DNA of 64,000 nucleotides from Tubiluchus corallicola. Lineage: Eukaryota > Animalia > Priapulida. Below the pieces are notes generated by a model. It saw only the letters and a list, made by a program, of their open reading frames with translations. It searched no databases and had not been told where the DNA came from. How positions within the stretch are numbered: position 1 is the stretch's first letter; each line of letters begins with the position of its first letter. The stretch lies in assembly GCA_030141605.1 (NCBI GenBank), contig JAQGDQ010000127.1, positions 496,001 through 560,000 of the forward strand. Direction: 5' to 3'. Positions 1-12,760 of the stretch are shown here, piece after piece. The position numbers and the translations under genes were made by a program.

Positions 1-1679
1 AGAGATATAAAAGTGTAAACGCGAGGCTAAAAATGTTCATACTGTTTATGCACTGTAACCTTATTTCTTGCATTTAAACAATTTGTAAATGTAGAAGCGT
101 AAATGCAGAAGGTACAGGACAGATATACTTACGAAAAATGAATGTTCTTACTCATTTAACAATTAATATTACACATTATTGATAATTTACATGTATGTTA
201 CATACATGCACATATAAGTAATGTTAAATCAGAAGGCATGCACAGGACCTCCAAACTAGACGTCAAGCATTCAAAACAATTATACTACTGTTACCAAGTA
301 GTAGGTACTAACCGAAAACAAATAAATGATACAGAAATGGTGCATTTCGTTTGTGTGCAGGATGCGGAATGATTAGGTTTCAACGTGCGGTAGTAGCCAG
401 GACGTGCAACAATGTACTAATATTCGTTTGCAAGATTTTTATGCTGTCTAATTCTTTCACTATGGCTTCACGAAACTGTGTATTAGCTCAGACTCCTGTT
501 ACTAATCAAATGTAAAAAAACGTGTTAAATTCAGCTCAAATTAGAAAAGCAACCAATTGCAAACCAGGCAAAAGAAAACTAGACAGTAACCGAAAACTGG
601 GTAAATTAAACCCTCAACAGTGGCATTCAGATCTCTATGCACTAGCAAAAAATGTAAATATTGACAGTTTTGTCAGAAAATCGTGATATAGTATTGAGTC
701 CTGTTAAATGATATAATTTCTATAATTCTGACGCAGCAAAATTGTTGAATAAAAAGCACAAATGCACGAATAAAGTTTGTAATAAAGTCAACCTACTAAA
801 ATGCAGATTAGAGACAAACGGAAATGTCATTTTGCAAGTTAATTTACAACAAGCAACATCTTTGAATTAGGACATTTAGGAAAAGGCTGAACACACCGTA
901 TTGAAAATAAAGCTTTAGTTAAATAAATAACAATAAATGTATATTGACTCACAAAGAATTTGCTTTTATAGCCTATATGTAAATTCACATCTATCAATAA
1001 GGTGTATGCGGGTATCCTAATAAATTGGATCACGCGAAGCGAAGAAATTCAATTGACGGCGACAAAAGGTTTAGTACCTTTGCCGCTGACTATAAAAGGG
1101 TTACGATTCCCAGGCTGGAACGGAGCTTTCATAAAAATGTTGCAAAAACACAGCTACAAAATGTAGGACAAAGTGCGAAACGCTGAGCAGCAAGAGTTAA
1201 TTGGCTGTTTTCCCTGGTAGCCCAGGACCACCAGACTTATTAAACAAGTGTAACATTCGTTCATGCTAGCGTAATCATATTCACGCACAATAAGCTGTGT
1301 AGACAATAGATAATCCAATAATATAAATGTATTTTGTTATAACAGCGAATGTGTACAGTATGCATTAACTCACTGTCGATTCTGAACACCACAAGTTTGC
1401 ATATTTTACAGTACCGTACAATGCAGACTAGCCGTACAAATAGTCAACGATGAGTTATAATCACCAAAAAAATAAAGAAAGAAAGAATTTTAACGAAAAA
1501 TTCAATCTAATATTACAATGATTATTTTCTTTTTTAGCCGGAATATGTATTTTTCATCTGTGGATAAATTATTACATACACTACAATAGCAGTGAGTGCA
1601 TTTTATTTAAACTTTAATTATTTTTACACTTAAGTATGATGTGAAAAATCATTAGTTTTGTCTTCTAAGTATGTAAAGC

Positions 1680-1848
1680 TACATTTCAGACATACACGTC
1701 GATTTAAAACGAATTTCTTTTTATATATATCTATATATCTAATACATATATATCTATATATATATATATCTAAGATATATATAGATATATAGATATATAT
1801 ATATAGAAAGAAATTCGTTTTAAAATCAACGTGTATGTCTGAAATGTA
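1680..1848. mobile_element. Palindromic MITE/fold-back with (TA/GA/TC) microsatellite core
   Basis: Left arm tacatttcagacatacacgtcgatttaaaacgaatttcttt is the near-exact reverse complement of the right arm aaagaaattcgttttaaaatcaacgtgtatgtctgaaatgta; TA at both ends (possible TSD). Confidence 0.75.
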
Positions 1849-2939
1849 AGATATATACATTCTTATATCACGCGTAGTAAGATAAGATCATAAATAAATG
1901 TTTTCCACTTAAAAATCTTTTACTGCTATAAGTTCACTGAGGAAAAACGCATTCTACTCTACATTATAATATACAATGCTATCATGTTCACTTCGGACGC
2001 TGCGTAAGATATCACTAGGTCATATTCAGTGTTTTGTTTATGTTTAAGCTGCGCACACATTTTTACACTGGGCACGTATTTAAGTTAAAATAATGTTGGA
2101 TTACATAATCTTTCCTGTTGCAGTGACTTGACGGTCATTACACATACAGAAGTTCAAATGCAAAATAGGTCACATGAAGGTTAAGCCAACGAAAAGGAAA
2201 CCACACTGCACTTTATTTAAAAAATGGGTAAATATTATAAGCGTATCCAAAAATGTCAATTTGAATTACTTTAACTGTTTCAGAGAGAATATAAAGACAA
2301 AATGTGAGAATTACAACAATATAACCTCACAGGCTCAGCAGACCTAGGCCTACTACTATTATCACTAACTTGCCTCAACTTTTACTTAATCTAAATTGTA
2401 AAAACTAAAGTGACGTTTAATCACTTCGCTCAATGCCCCCGCCCCCATCCCAAAGGCCTGTGAAGAATTTCCTGATTGTACAATGTTTGTGACTTCCATG
2501 GATATCCAGAGCAGCAAGCTAGCAGAAACAAGAAACACAACAAACGCATGTTGTGGAGATGTCCTTAATTAACCCTTGTTGTTATTTGTTGTGTCAAATC
2601 GCAACAAGGCTGAAGTCGAGAATCTGGAGCAAAAGACTGCAAGCAAATAAGTACTTGGATTTACAAAGAGATTTCGAGACGTGCTTAAAAGTTTTCGGCA
2701 ACACGCCCACAAACAAGTAAGCAAATAGGATGAACTGGAACATGGTACATAAACACTACAAGCTGAGAAATCCCTTGCAAATAAACTTTACTTTGCCGGG
2801 GATCTAATTAATCCTTGTACTGTAAAATTCGTCAATTCGAGATTACCGACCTTACAAAACAATTAAAAGACTAATTAACGATCATTAAAATAGGTAATGA
2901 CAAAGTGGAAAGGGCAAAAATGATAGAAGTCCTAAAAGA

Positions 2940-4330
2940 TGTACCACTTTATTAAAAGCGATCGGACACATGTACAGCACAATCTCTTAGTTACAAATGT
3001 GGAGTCAAACAGGGATGTCTGCTTTTATGCATGTACATTAATCCGCTTGTGCGTGCCTTGAAAGATTTGTTGAAGACGGATGGCTGAGAAACTTCCACGA
3101 TCTTATTTACATGGATGATACCACAATTTTCGCTAGTAATCGCTAAAAGTATGTGGACAAACTTGACATACTAATGCATATTTGTTCTGAGTACGTAACA
3201 AATTAAATTTATGGTAATCAATGGAAATGATGCGGACCGACAAGTTCTATGTATAAATGGCTTAACAGTACAAAGTACGTCTCATTATATGTACTCGTTT
3301 AAGTGCTACGATCACTGCAGGCCTGAAGAACAAAACTATGTTTACAAGATACGTAGGTCATAAAGAAGCGCAGGTATTAAAATTTTATGCATTCGTGCAA
3401 AAAGAAAAAAGTTCTTGACTGGGCTCTATTAGCAGGGGGTGTCTACACTGCTGAAGCGTGAAATTCCAGTGTCAATCTTATAATACCACAAATATTTTAC
3501 CTAAAATTAACAAAGTCCTTACTGAGAGTCAGAAAAATCTACTTTAATGATTTGGTAGAGTCCGGCTACCGAAGCTTCAGGGCATGGCTGAAAGTACGAC
3601 AACCCAAATGTGAAAAACCTTGACGACTAATCCGAAAAAGCGTGAACCATTGATGAATGCTTTAACTCTTGCTTTCTCAATGCGCCCTTAGCTTGTCTCG
3701 GTTGAGGCTAGTTAACATCCAGGAATGGGCAAATGCCGAAAGACTTAACCAAGGCCCAGTTTCACAGAGCCATCACTAACGTAACGATGTCGTTATTAAT
3801 AGTTAAGTGAATGTAATAACGACGTCGTTAACTTCGCGACGGCTTTGTGAAACCGGCCCCTGGCTAATTCGGAAAGAAACAGTAATTCCTTAAAGCGAGT
3901 TACATATTGTCAACTAAATCCCACACTCGAACCACTCCTAATTCCTCAAAAAACCTTCGAATTACGCATTGAATAGATTTCACCCGACTGCGTTTACAAT
4001 CACATCGTCTGAAAATTGAAACAAGACGGTGGAGCCGCTAACCAAAAGAACAAACTTATTCCCATGTGGATCCATACAAACGGAAGATTATACATTAATG
4101 AGCTGTCTTCAAACTAATCACTTGAAAAGACATTTTGATGTAGACTTCGAATCACTAACTTTAATACTCTCTTGCAACAAAGCCTTTAAAATTTGTTTTC
4201 TTTTTTTGAATGTGTTTGAACAGTGAGGTATACATTTAAGTTAAATTTATTTATGTGTGAATTAATAGTTTAATAGTGAAACTGTACCTAATGATAAACG
4301 ATTAATTTCTCAAATAATAATATAAATAAA
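2940..4330 (+). mobile_element. Decayed non-LTR retrotransposon (LINE) reverse transcriptase and 3' end
   Basis: Frameshifted RT motifs GVKQGC (~3001) and LIYMDDTTIFASNR (~3102), C-terminal RLQSHRLKIETRRW (~3991; RLSSHxLxIETGRW-type motif), ending in aataataatataaataaa near 4330. 5' boundary uncertain. Confidence 0.75.
3753..3859. mobile_element. Small hairpin MITE nested in the LINE relic
   Basis: Terminal ggcccagtttcacagagccatc vs gacggctttgtgaaaccggccc, and inner taacgatgtcgttatta vs taataacgacgtcgtta, are inverted pairs; TIR start resembles PIF/Harbinger MITEs (inference). Confidence 0.7.
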
Positions 4331-4347
4331 CTCAAGATTACAGGGGG

Positions 4348-4758
4348 TTTGAACACAGGACTATTTCGACACAAACATTTTGGACACAGAACACTTTGCA
4401 CACGTTAGTTATTTAGACACAGGCAGTTGGACACATAAGTCATTTGGACACAAGGTAATTTCACAAATTTGGACACTTAGGTTATTTGGACACGTGGGTT
4501 GTTTGGACACATAGGCCATTTAGACACCAGATGCTTTGCATACATAGAACATTTGGATATTGTGCACTTAGGGCACGTATAGAAGTAAGGTGTAGGTTGA
4601 CCGTTTGCAAACAGATTGGACACAAAGGTAATTTGGAGGTATAGTTTGAACACAATCTATTTGGACGACAAGTCACAATCATTTACATTATGTAATTTTG
4701 GGCACGCAAGTCCCTTACATACAGCTTATTGTGACACGTAAGCATTTTGGAGATACAT
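4348..4758 (+). repeat. Degenerate minisatellite, ~17-20 bp unit with core (a)tttggacac
   Basis: Repeated tttggacac / tttagacac / tttgaacac cores separated by short variable stretches. Confidence 0.8.
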
Positions 4759-7637
4759 AAGTGATCTTGAAAGTCGGATGTGACTGATAGGTACGGTGAC
4801 TGTGATAGATACGGCGCGATTTCTTGCTGCACTTTTTTCACGCTAATAAAACTGAGAAACGGTACTGTGTGATAAATCTTTATAGATTAAAATGTTCAGG
4901 TGTTCATTAATAAAATAAATTTTGATAAAACGATAAAACGATATTGGAAGAGAAGTTTTTGCCGGAAGTTTTTTGTTTACAAATTATTAAATGGGCAATA
5001 AAAAAACTTTTTAGTTCGTACACCGCAAGTATCACTATGTACGAATTTCGGCATTCTCGCTATAGTTACAGTCGCTGATAACAGCAAGCACAGCTTCGAC
5101 GATGTGCATGGCTACTCTGATGAGTTATATATGTTTGTAATTACAAAAATATCAGCTTACTTATTCAGTGAAAAAAAATCTACGAAACTACCGAATTCGT
5201 TAGTGTGCGAAGAAAGTTGTAACGTGTTTTGGAAAAGAAACAATGGCAAATGTTTCAAAACATTTTAATGTTTTTTAACACTTTACACACTGTTATTTCA
5301 ATCGATTTGATTACCGACTTTAACTGCTTACAAAAAAGTCAACGTACGTTCCACGCGCCCAGTGAAGAACGTGGCTTCTGCGCCAAAACCAACAAGGAGA
5401 TAAGCGCGTTCTCAACAATTAAATGAAGCCATTAATCACCCAGAATCCTGAACGTTCAATCACCCCGCGTTTACTAAGCTCTTGCTAGACTGTGCTACAC
5501 AGAAGCTTGTTGCAAAGATTCGATACACGTGTGAGCTTCATTTCGTATCTTGTACGACGTTATTTACATGCTTCTCGAAATTTCCCTTCACCTTGCAAAA
5601 TTTCAAGAAAATCTCCAAGACTATCTCAAGACTAATTTTACTTCTTTGACTGATGCAAGTGGTATACTGATTCTAGTAAACTAATAAATCACTTCATGTG
5701 ACCATGCTTGAATTATATGGAAATTCACTTAGTCATTGATAACTGTCTCAATTTAGGTACTCATTTCAACAAGATTCCTTACAAAAGACATTTTACACGC
5801 CTGTACAATGCGTTTCGCAATATTAGTAGTTAGGGCAAATCCTAAAGTAATAGACCTGGGCGTGGGGAGGGTATGCTAAAGTTTTCTCGATTGATTCCTA
5901 CGCAATTTTTCCTGTAGAATCGAACAAGTAAATGGGCCAATTCGTATTCGTATTCATATTTAATGCACAGCCAGTCTTCAAAATGTGTGCAAATTTCGTA
6001 GTCATTTATATAGATTCAGTTACCATGGCTCTATATTTAACAAATACCATTACTACGTTTACTCTCTGCAACCGTATCTATAAAGTTGCATAGATTATGA
6101 AAATACCAACAAATGCGGTTTCCAGTAATATAAAATGTTGCCAGAGTGTCCATAAAATCAATTTAAGTCGATGTTTCTTTAATTGTATCTTATGTGTCTC
6201 CCCTAAAAATAAAATAAGCTCAGGGGTGTTTGGTATCTTGTATAATTAATGAACTAAGTTGCATATTCTAATGTCGACACAAATTGTATGTGGTGTTTTG
6301 CTTTGCGTATGTCTCACTGTAATGCATGAATCTGATAGCACTTACTATTGTTGCAAAAGCATCAACGTTTTCTGCAAAATTCATTTCTTCTCAGAAAAGT
6401 ATTCTGTATTAATAAAATTTACAGTTATTAAGATAATAACGACTATTCTAATGTACTGCAGCTAAAATGCTTTTAAAAGTACGAGCAAGGCTCTGCTGAG
6501 CTTGCCATCTTTAACATAAAAACGTTTAACGCCCTATATAGTCTCACAATTATTTATTTATTTCAGGAGCATTCACCCTAAAGTTCCTCATCAGGTGAAA
6601 AAATTGCTGATAAAATGTTAAAACAGTGTGTACCAGTCAGTGTGAAAGTAGAACATTAAAAGCAAAAATAGTAGCCAAACAGCATTTATTTAGTTATAAT
6701 ATGCAAATTATCTAATTATAAATACATTTTAAATTCATTCATTACAAAATATACATATACGCTATAGACAAATGTTTTCTGCACACACCCATGCATCATT
6801 TGAAAGCAGTTAAGCTGAAATTAAAGCAAATTATCTTAATCCTGTACTTTTCAATAAATTTTCGTAAGTAAGGCAACATGCACATTTATTTTTTCGAAAA
6901 TATTAATATTATAATATAATATTAATTTTGCAGTAGAAGTTCAGGCTTTGAAATAATAGTAACAGTATCTATTATACTGCATTGAGATGTACCCAAAGCA
7001 AATCCCGACACATAAGGTGTATGCGACATATTGTCAAAATAAGCAAACCAGCTCATTAACTACGAAAAAAATAAAATGGCCCTGAGCTTTATGATCTCGG
7101 GGGGAACGCACAAAGTACAATTAAAAAACTGATTTACATTGATTTTATGGACACTCTCGCAACATTTTATATTACTGGAAACTGCATTTGCTGATATTTT
7201 CATAACAAATATATGCAAATTTCTATGTATACGATTGCACAAAGTAAACATACACACGATATTTAATAAATATACCACCATGGTCCATGGTAACCAAATA
7301 TATTAATCTTACATAAAAGACAATGAAATTTATATAAATTACGGCCCATATTGTATTTTTCTCAGTTATGCTTTCCTGAGTTCATCAACCTACGTTAAAT
7401 GCTTGACGTCTCGTGATCAATAAAACAGGCTTTTTAAGAATTTGGAATATTTAGGACTAAAAAACAACGTGATCAATTAATAAGCAGCTGTACGTGACAT
7501 GAATAAGCTGCCTGGTTTCATTAACGCCTATAGGTTACACAAAATCATACGCAGGTTCACCGGATTTCCACCCCCATACGATAACGGGTGAATAAACACA
7601 GAAGTCAGTGGGAACTAGAATATGTGATGCAGGTGCA

Positions 7638-7952
7638 TGAATTTAGAAGCGATGGAATCATGTGTGCGTCAAAGTCACTCGGAAGTAATTCATTTGTCTA
7701 TAATGCGTGGTTTGAATCGCAACGGTAGTAACATTTTGACCATTTTTTCTAAAAGGCGAAAAAAAGTTGCATAAGCTGTCTTCCCTTTACTTGTGTGAAT
7801 GTAGAAGCGATGGAATAATTCTAATGTATGCAATCTACGGCAGAGTCAAACTCAGAAGTAATTCGTTTGCCTATAATGCGTGGTTTGAATCGTAAGGGTA
7901 GTAGGGATTTTTGTTCATTTGTTTATGAAACACGAAACATAGGCTGTCTTCC
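7638..7952 (+). repeat. Diverged tandem duplication of a ~150 bp unit
   Basis: Copies ~7638-7783 and ~7796-7952 share tagaagcgatggaat, gaagtaattc, ctataatgcgtggtttgaatcg and gctgtcttcc in the same order. Confidence 0.75.
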
Positions 7953-10900
7953 TCTCAAATCAAATCAGAGTTAATAGGGAAGACAAGGCGGGGAGGTAGA
8001 CCGCAATATGCAATAATACATATGCATCTATACATAATATCACTGTACTGTTCGCAAAATCAAGAGACTAATGCTTACATGTGAATGGGAAAGATTGAAA
8101 CATATTACTTGCTGACATTGCAATCTTCTAGATATAAGATTTGTGGCAAACAGCAGAAAAGACAACCCTCATTCGTTACCACCTTGCTGTAAAAGAGCAA
8201 AGTGACTCATAGCTATAACATTATTATCTTTACTATATATATAGCAGTGAAAACAACTTCAAATCTACCTCTATACTAAAATGGCCAAGCCTAACAAGTC
8301 TGCCTCCACACGAGTTACGCAGTGTTACTTTCACTAAGTGCCCACATCGGATCTGTTCAAACGATTAGGGCATACGATATCCGAAATGTGCCAGTCACTT
8401 TACATGCGATTCATTCTGCGAAGGTGGAACTACCGCAACTCCTTATTAATAAACATATCAATAAAAACTGCTCATGCATAACTTGCGCGTATTTCGCAAC
8501 ATTTGTCGCCCGACGAACGAAAACTGCCGGGTCATTCTAACGTACCGCATCTTCAATGGCACAGCTATCGCATGCACTGTATACAAGCACTTAGCTGCCG
8601 AAAGAGTAAGATGAAGTAAACACAAGAAAAAAAAATTCACATAAAATTAATGTTGAAAATAGCACTAGCAAAAGATAAAAAAGTAACAATACAATTGTAA
8701 AACAAGATAGCAAAAGAGACAACTGTAATAAATCACTAATAACGACAAAGGCAAAAAGACAACAGTAAAAAACAAAGATGAATAAGGCAATGGCTACACA
8801 GCAGAAATAAAAAAAATGGACAAGTTACAGGAAGATAGGTGTACTCCTATTTTTATTCAATGGTTGTCTTGTATACTATTGTCCGAAAGCTCCCCTACCC
8901 TATTACTGGCTTTACGTAATTTAGACTTATTTACCTTTGTCTTTTTTAATGACCCATTTTTACATTTCTTTTTTTTACATAAATCGTATCCTTAACTAAC
9001 TTATCACCATTACGACGGCCTTTTCATCTATTGATTTTTAAACCTTCGTCTTTGTTTTGGATGTCTTTTTTGTTTTCGTCATCATACCCCGTGCATGTAT
9101 TTCGTTATCACAGTACGACTTTAGTACGCATCTAGCGCAATCACAATGAATAATACATGACAAACAGAAAAGTGATTTCTCTAAAAACTTGTTTAAAAGC
9201 GTGCTCATAATCATGTATGGGTCACACATACATTTAGGATATGAATTAGGTATATTCCATGAGTATAGTAACGTACTGGATTTATAATTATAATTAACTT
9301 AGTGCTTCATTGGACCTCGTGGCCCTATGCTTATGTTTCTTGCGACAATACTGGGCATTTACTGACAAAAGCTTGGAGAAAGAAAAGTATAAAAAAACTC
9401 GGCTGATTTGAAAAAAGTCAGCGAGTATAATAACCGCAACAGCAACACGACAATAAAAGAATCTGTTCCATACACACCCGTAACGAAAATTTCTGGTACA
9501 GGCCAAATAACCGAGCCCATACAACCCACACATGAAGCGTAGCTACAACAAAATGAACAAATGCTAATCTACATTATAACCCGAGTAGATTTAATCAACA
9601 AAGAGATATGGCGTAACAAGTTTCTTCGCGTAAAGACAATAGGCGATTAAGTTCATAGCTATTATCGGCGTGTGCTCAATTACAGGGCACACTCAGGAAG
9701 TGAACTCACTTTCGTAATCCCATTAGCATAACAGCTAACATAAATAACAAACGATATGACGATTAAATGACGCAGCCCTATAATCAAATGGATTAGCCTA
9801 ATTTATACAATTTCAAAAAGTCCCATAGCTAATGATTTTGTATGACAAATACTGTCAAATAATCACTCAAAGGTATTCATAGTATAGTGTAAGCGGGTGT
9901 ATGTCTTTATAATTAACTACATCGCTACTTATTAAGCATTTTGCACCATTAATAATGGTAGTTGTCAATACTGTAAGTTGGCAAAAGAGAACTATAGAGG
10001 ACATCATTATATAAGTTTTCGTGCAGACCTTAAGCATACACAAATTGTATCGCTTTGTTCAAATAGCACAGAGATCAGCTCGCATGTACAGTTTTATCGC
10101 ACATTTTCACACGCTCTAATCTGTTAAGTCAAAGTTCAGTTTGCTAGCTGTTTTTATCCACTCGTTCTTAAAGAAAATGTTCTTTTCCTAAGTAGCACAA
10201 CAATAAACCACTTCAAACGAAAAAGCACAAAGACAACATGCAATAGTGAGGCTAACAGTAAACTTACTGTGAAGTTGCACAGCTCCAAAAACTTGACGGG
10301 AAAATTACACTAAACAAATAACATCAAATGAGACGCCGCCGCATATAATACAAATCACGTAAAAAGATCATTCAGAGCGGTCTTGAACTATTCAACTTCC
10401 CGGATTGATGGTTCTAAGCAGACTAAATATACCCGCCTGTATACTTTATATTATTTCACTGACACGAAAAAGCAATTTTTAGGTTTAAACAGTGGCAAAG
10501 AACCTGTTTGCAGTCAACGCTGCTTGACAAAAACCCTGTAGCAAAAGCTATATCCAAACTCAAGCCATCTAAAATTCTCTCACGTGGAACTGACCATAAA
10601 TGTCTAGTAAAGAGTATAATAGGAGTTGATAAATCTTGATTACAAATGGATGCCGCTCCACCTTCCGTGCAATGTCTCGCCGCTTCCTGCCACAAGGAAA
10701 CTCAGTTTATTATCAACAAATGGCAGTCATATATACACAAATTGTGGAAAAAAGCTCAAGATAAAACCCAGAAGCAAAGTAAACATGGCGGGCATTGCTG
10801 TGAAAGCACATTTTTGCTTCAGCATTAGATGCAAGCTTTCGTTTTTCTCGGCAACATTTCACCATCCGGAAATCATCATGTATATTTCAACAAACCAAAG

Positions 10901-12627
10901 TTCTAGAAAAATATATACTGAGTATACTCACAAAAGAACAAACATTCCGTGAACGTTGAAAATATGAACCAGATTTCTCTCATCGAAATTTTCAATCAAG
11001 ACACGTGCTGAGTATCAAATACTGCATAGCTGGATATAAATAAGATGCTTAATTCGCCTAAGAAAGCAAACTGGCAAGCATAATATCGTTGTGTAAGCAT
11101 TTGGGTGGAATCTGCCTAATATTAAAATCCTCACAGAAAATTTCCAACAGTCATGAATAAAATAATGACCAAGTTCTGCTCAGTACTTGCTAAACTGTCA
11201 GTCCACAAAAGAGATCACATTTGGAAGTGATTACAGAAGGGCAGTTTAGCATGATAGTGGCAAGTACTCAAAACATGCGTTAAAAAGTGTTAAAGGCAGA
11301 AACGATGAAAATCAAAGCATTCAAAAAGCAGCACCACAGAACAAACACTCGAAAGACGAGGAAAATCTTGATAAAACTTACGAACTGTAGACGTGTGCTT
11401 CAAAGCGATTGCCACTCTAACTAAGCCATTCGAAGTATTTTCTCGAACTTTTCTTTTCACTTTCGAGTTTCACTTCGCAAACTATTACAAGACTGATGTT
11501 GGAGCCACCGAGAAAGTATATGGGAAAACTACACCGTTCAACTAAAAGCCAACCCAATTATGTTAGCGCGCAAGCATGACCTGGTGTAAACATACCGAAA
11601 GATTCTCAATTGACTTTTGTTATTCTATTTCGAAGAGAATCAACATTTCTACATACATTTCTCACTGGATGGTTGTTTTTCTTAGCGACAAAGCCAAAAC
11701 TCAGTCCGCATTTACACGCAGACTGGGCCAATAGAATCCTAACGATTCAAAGATATTTTCCTGGTTTCATTCTAAACCGTGCCTTTATTCACCAAGTTCA
11801 CGACTCACCCATCAAGTGCCACTAATTCCCAATATTTGCATTTGTTGAATATTTTTGTTTTGGCTACATTACAAGTTTTTGTGTTTTTAGGACGTAAACT
11901 AAAGCTTGCGAAGTTAAACATCGTAAGCTTAATTACATTGCTTATGCATATAATTGTAACAAGGCTGCCCAGTGCCCGCAGGATTTAGAAAAATTAAAAG
12001 TTTGATATGTCTCCCATACACGTGGTTTTAAATGCTTATATATAATACGCATATATCAGTCATGCTCATTACCGCCTATTTGTTTCTGAATGCAGATTAA
12101 TTATTAAGTAAGCGTATGCACCTGGCGAACTAGTCGACCACTCAATTGCTTCATCTGCAAATAAAATGTAACAGCTCCTACTTGGAGGACAAAAAATTTA
12201 TTGCCAGTATTTTGTTATACAACTTAAAGTCAACTCATGTTACAAGAGATCATAATTTGCCTGATGTTCTGATTCTCATCAGAACAAGCTGTCTGATGAG
12301 AATAAAGCGCCACAGAGTAGGAGGCGCCGCAATGTGTGTTTATTTCAGACAGTGCGCAGAATGTTATTAAAATAATGATATAACGCGGGAATACTTATTA
12401 TGCTAACACAATGAATATTCTTTCAGACAGCAACAAACCAAAAAAGTGTTTCAAATTTAAACTATTTAAGAAAGTAATCATTGACATTTGAAACGCAAAA
12501 GGACGGGGGTGTTTTTAAATACGAACATTTTATAATAAAAAATATTGACACTTATGACAGAAGGGCAAACAAGTCTCAAACAGCATCATCAGATAGGCTA
12601 TGTACGTGAAGTCCAAAAACGATTAAA

Positions 12628-12760
12628 TTTTTTTGTTTTGTTTTTTGTTTGTGGTTTGTGTGGGGTGTTTTGGTGGTTTTTTGTTTTTGTTTTGTGTTGT
12701 TTGTTGTTGGTTGGTTTTTGTTGTTTTTGTTTGGTTTGTTTTTGGTTTTGTTTGGTTGTT
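12628..12760. repeat. Low-complexity G/T-only tract (degenerate TTTG-type microsatellite)
   Basis: 133 nt containing only G and T; source of the overlapping spurious ORFs at 12545-12867. Confidence 0.9.

Noticed and set aside
4348-4758. CRISPR-like repeat/spacer appearance
   Set aside because: Cores are only ~9-10 nt and degenerate, spacers ~8-10 nt, no cas genes, eukaryotic context; it is a minisatellite.
10268-10309. Possible 42-nt phase-0 minus exon CNFPVKFLELCNFT
   Set aside because: Plausible splice sites but no homology support; could be chance.
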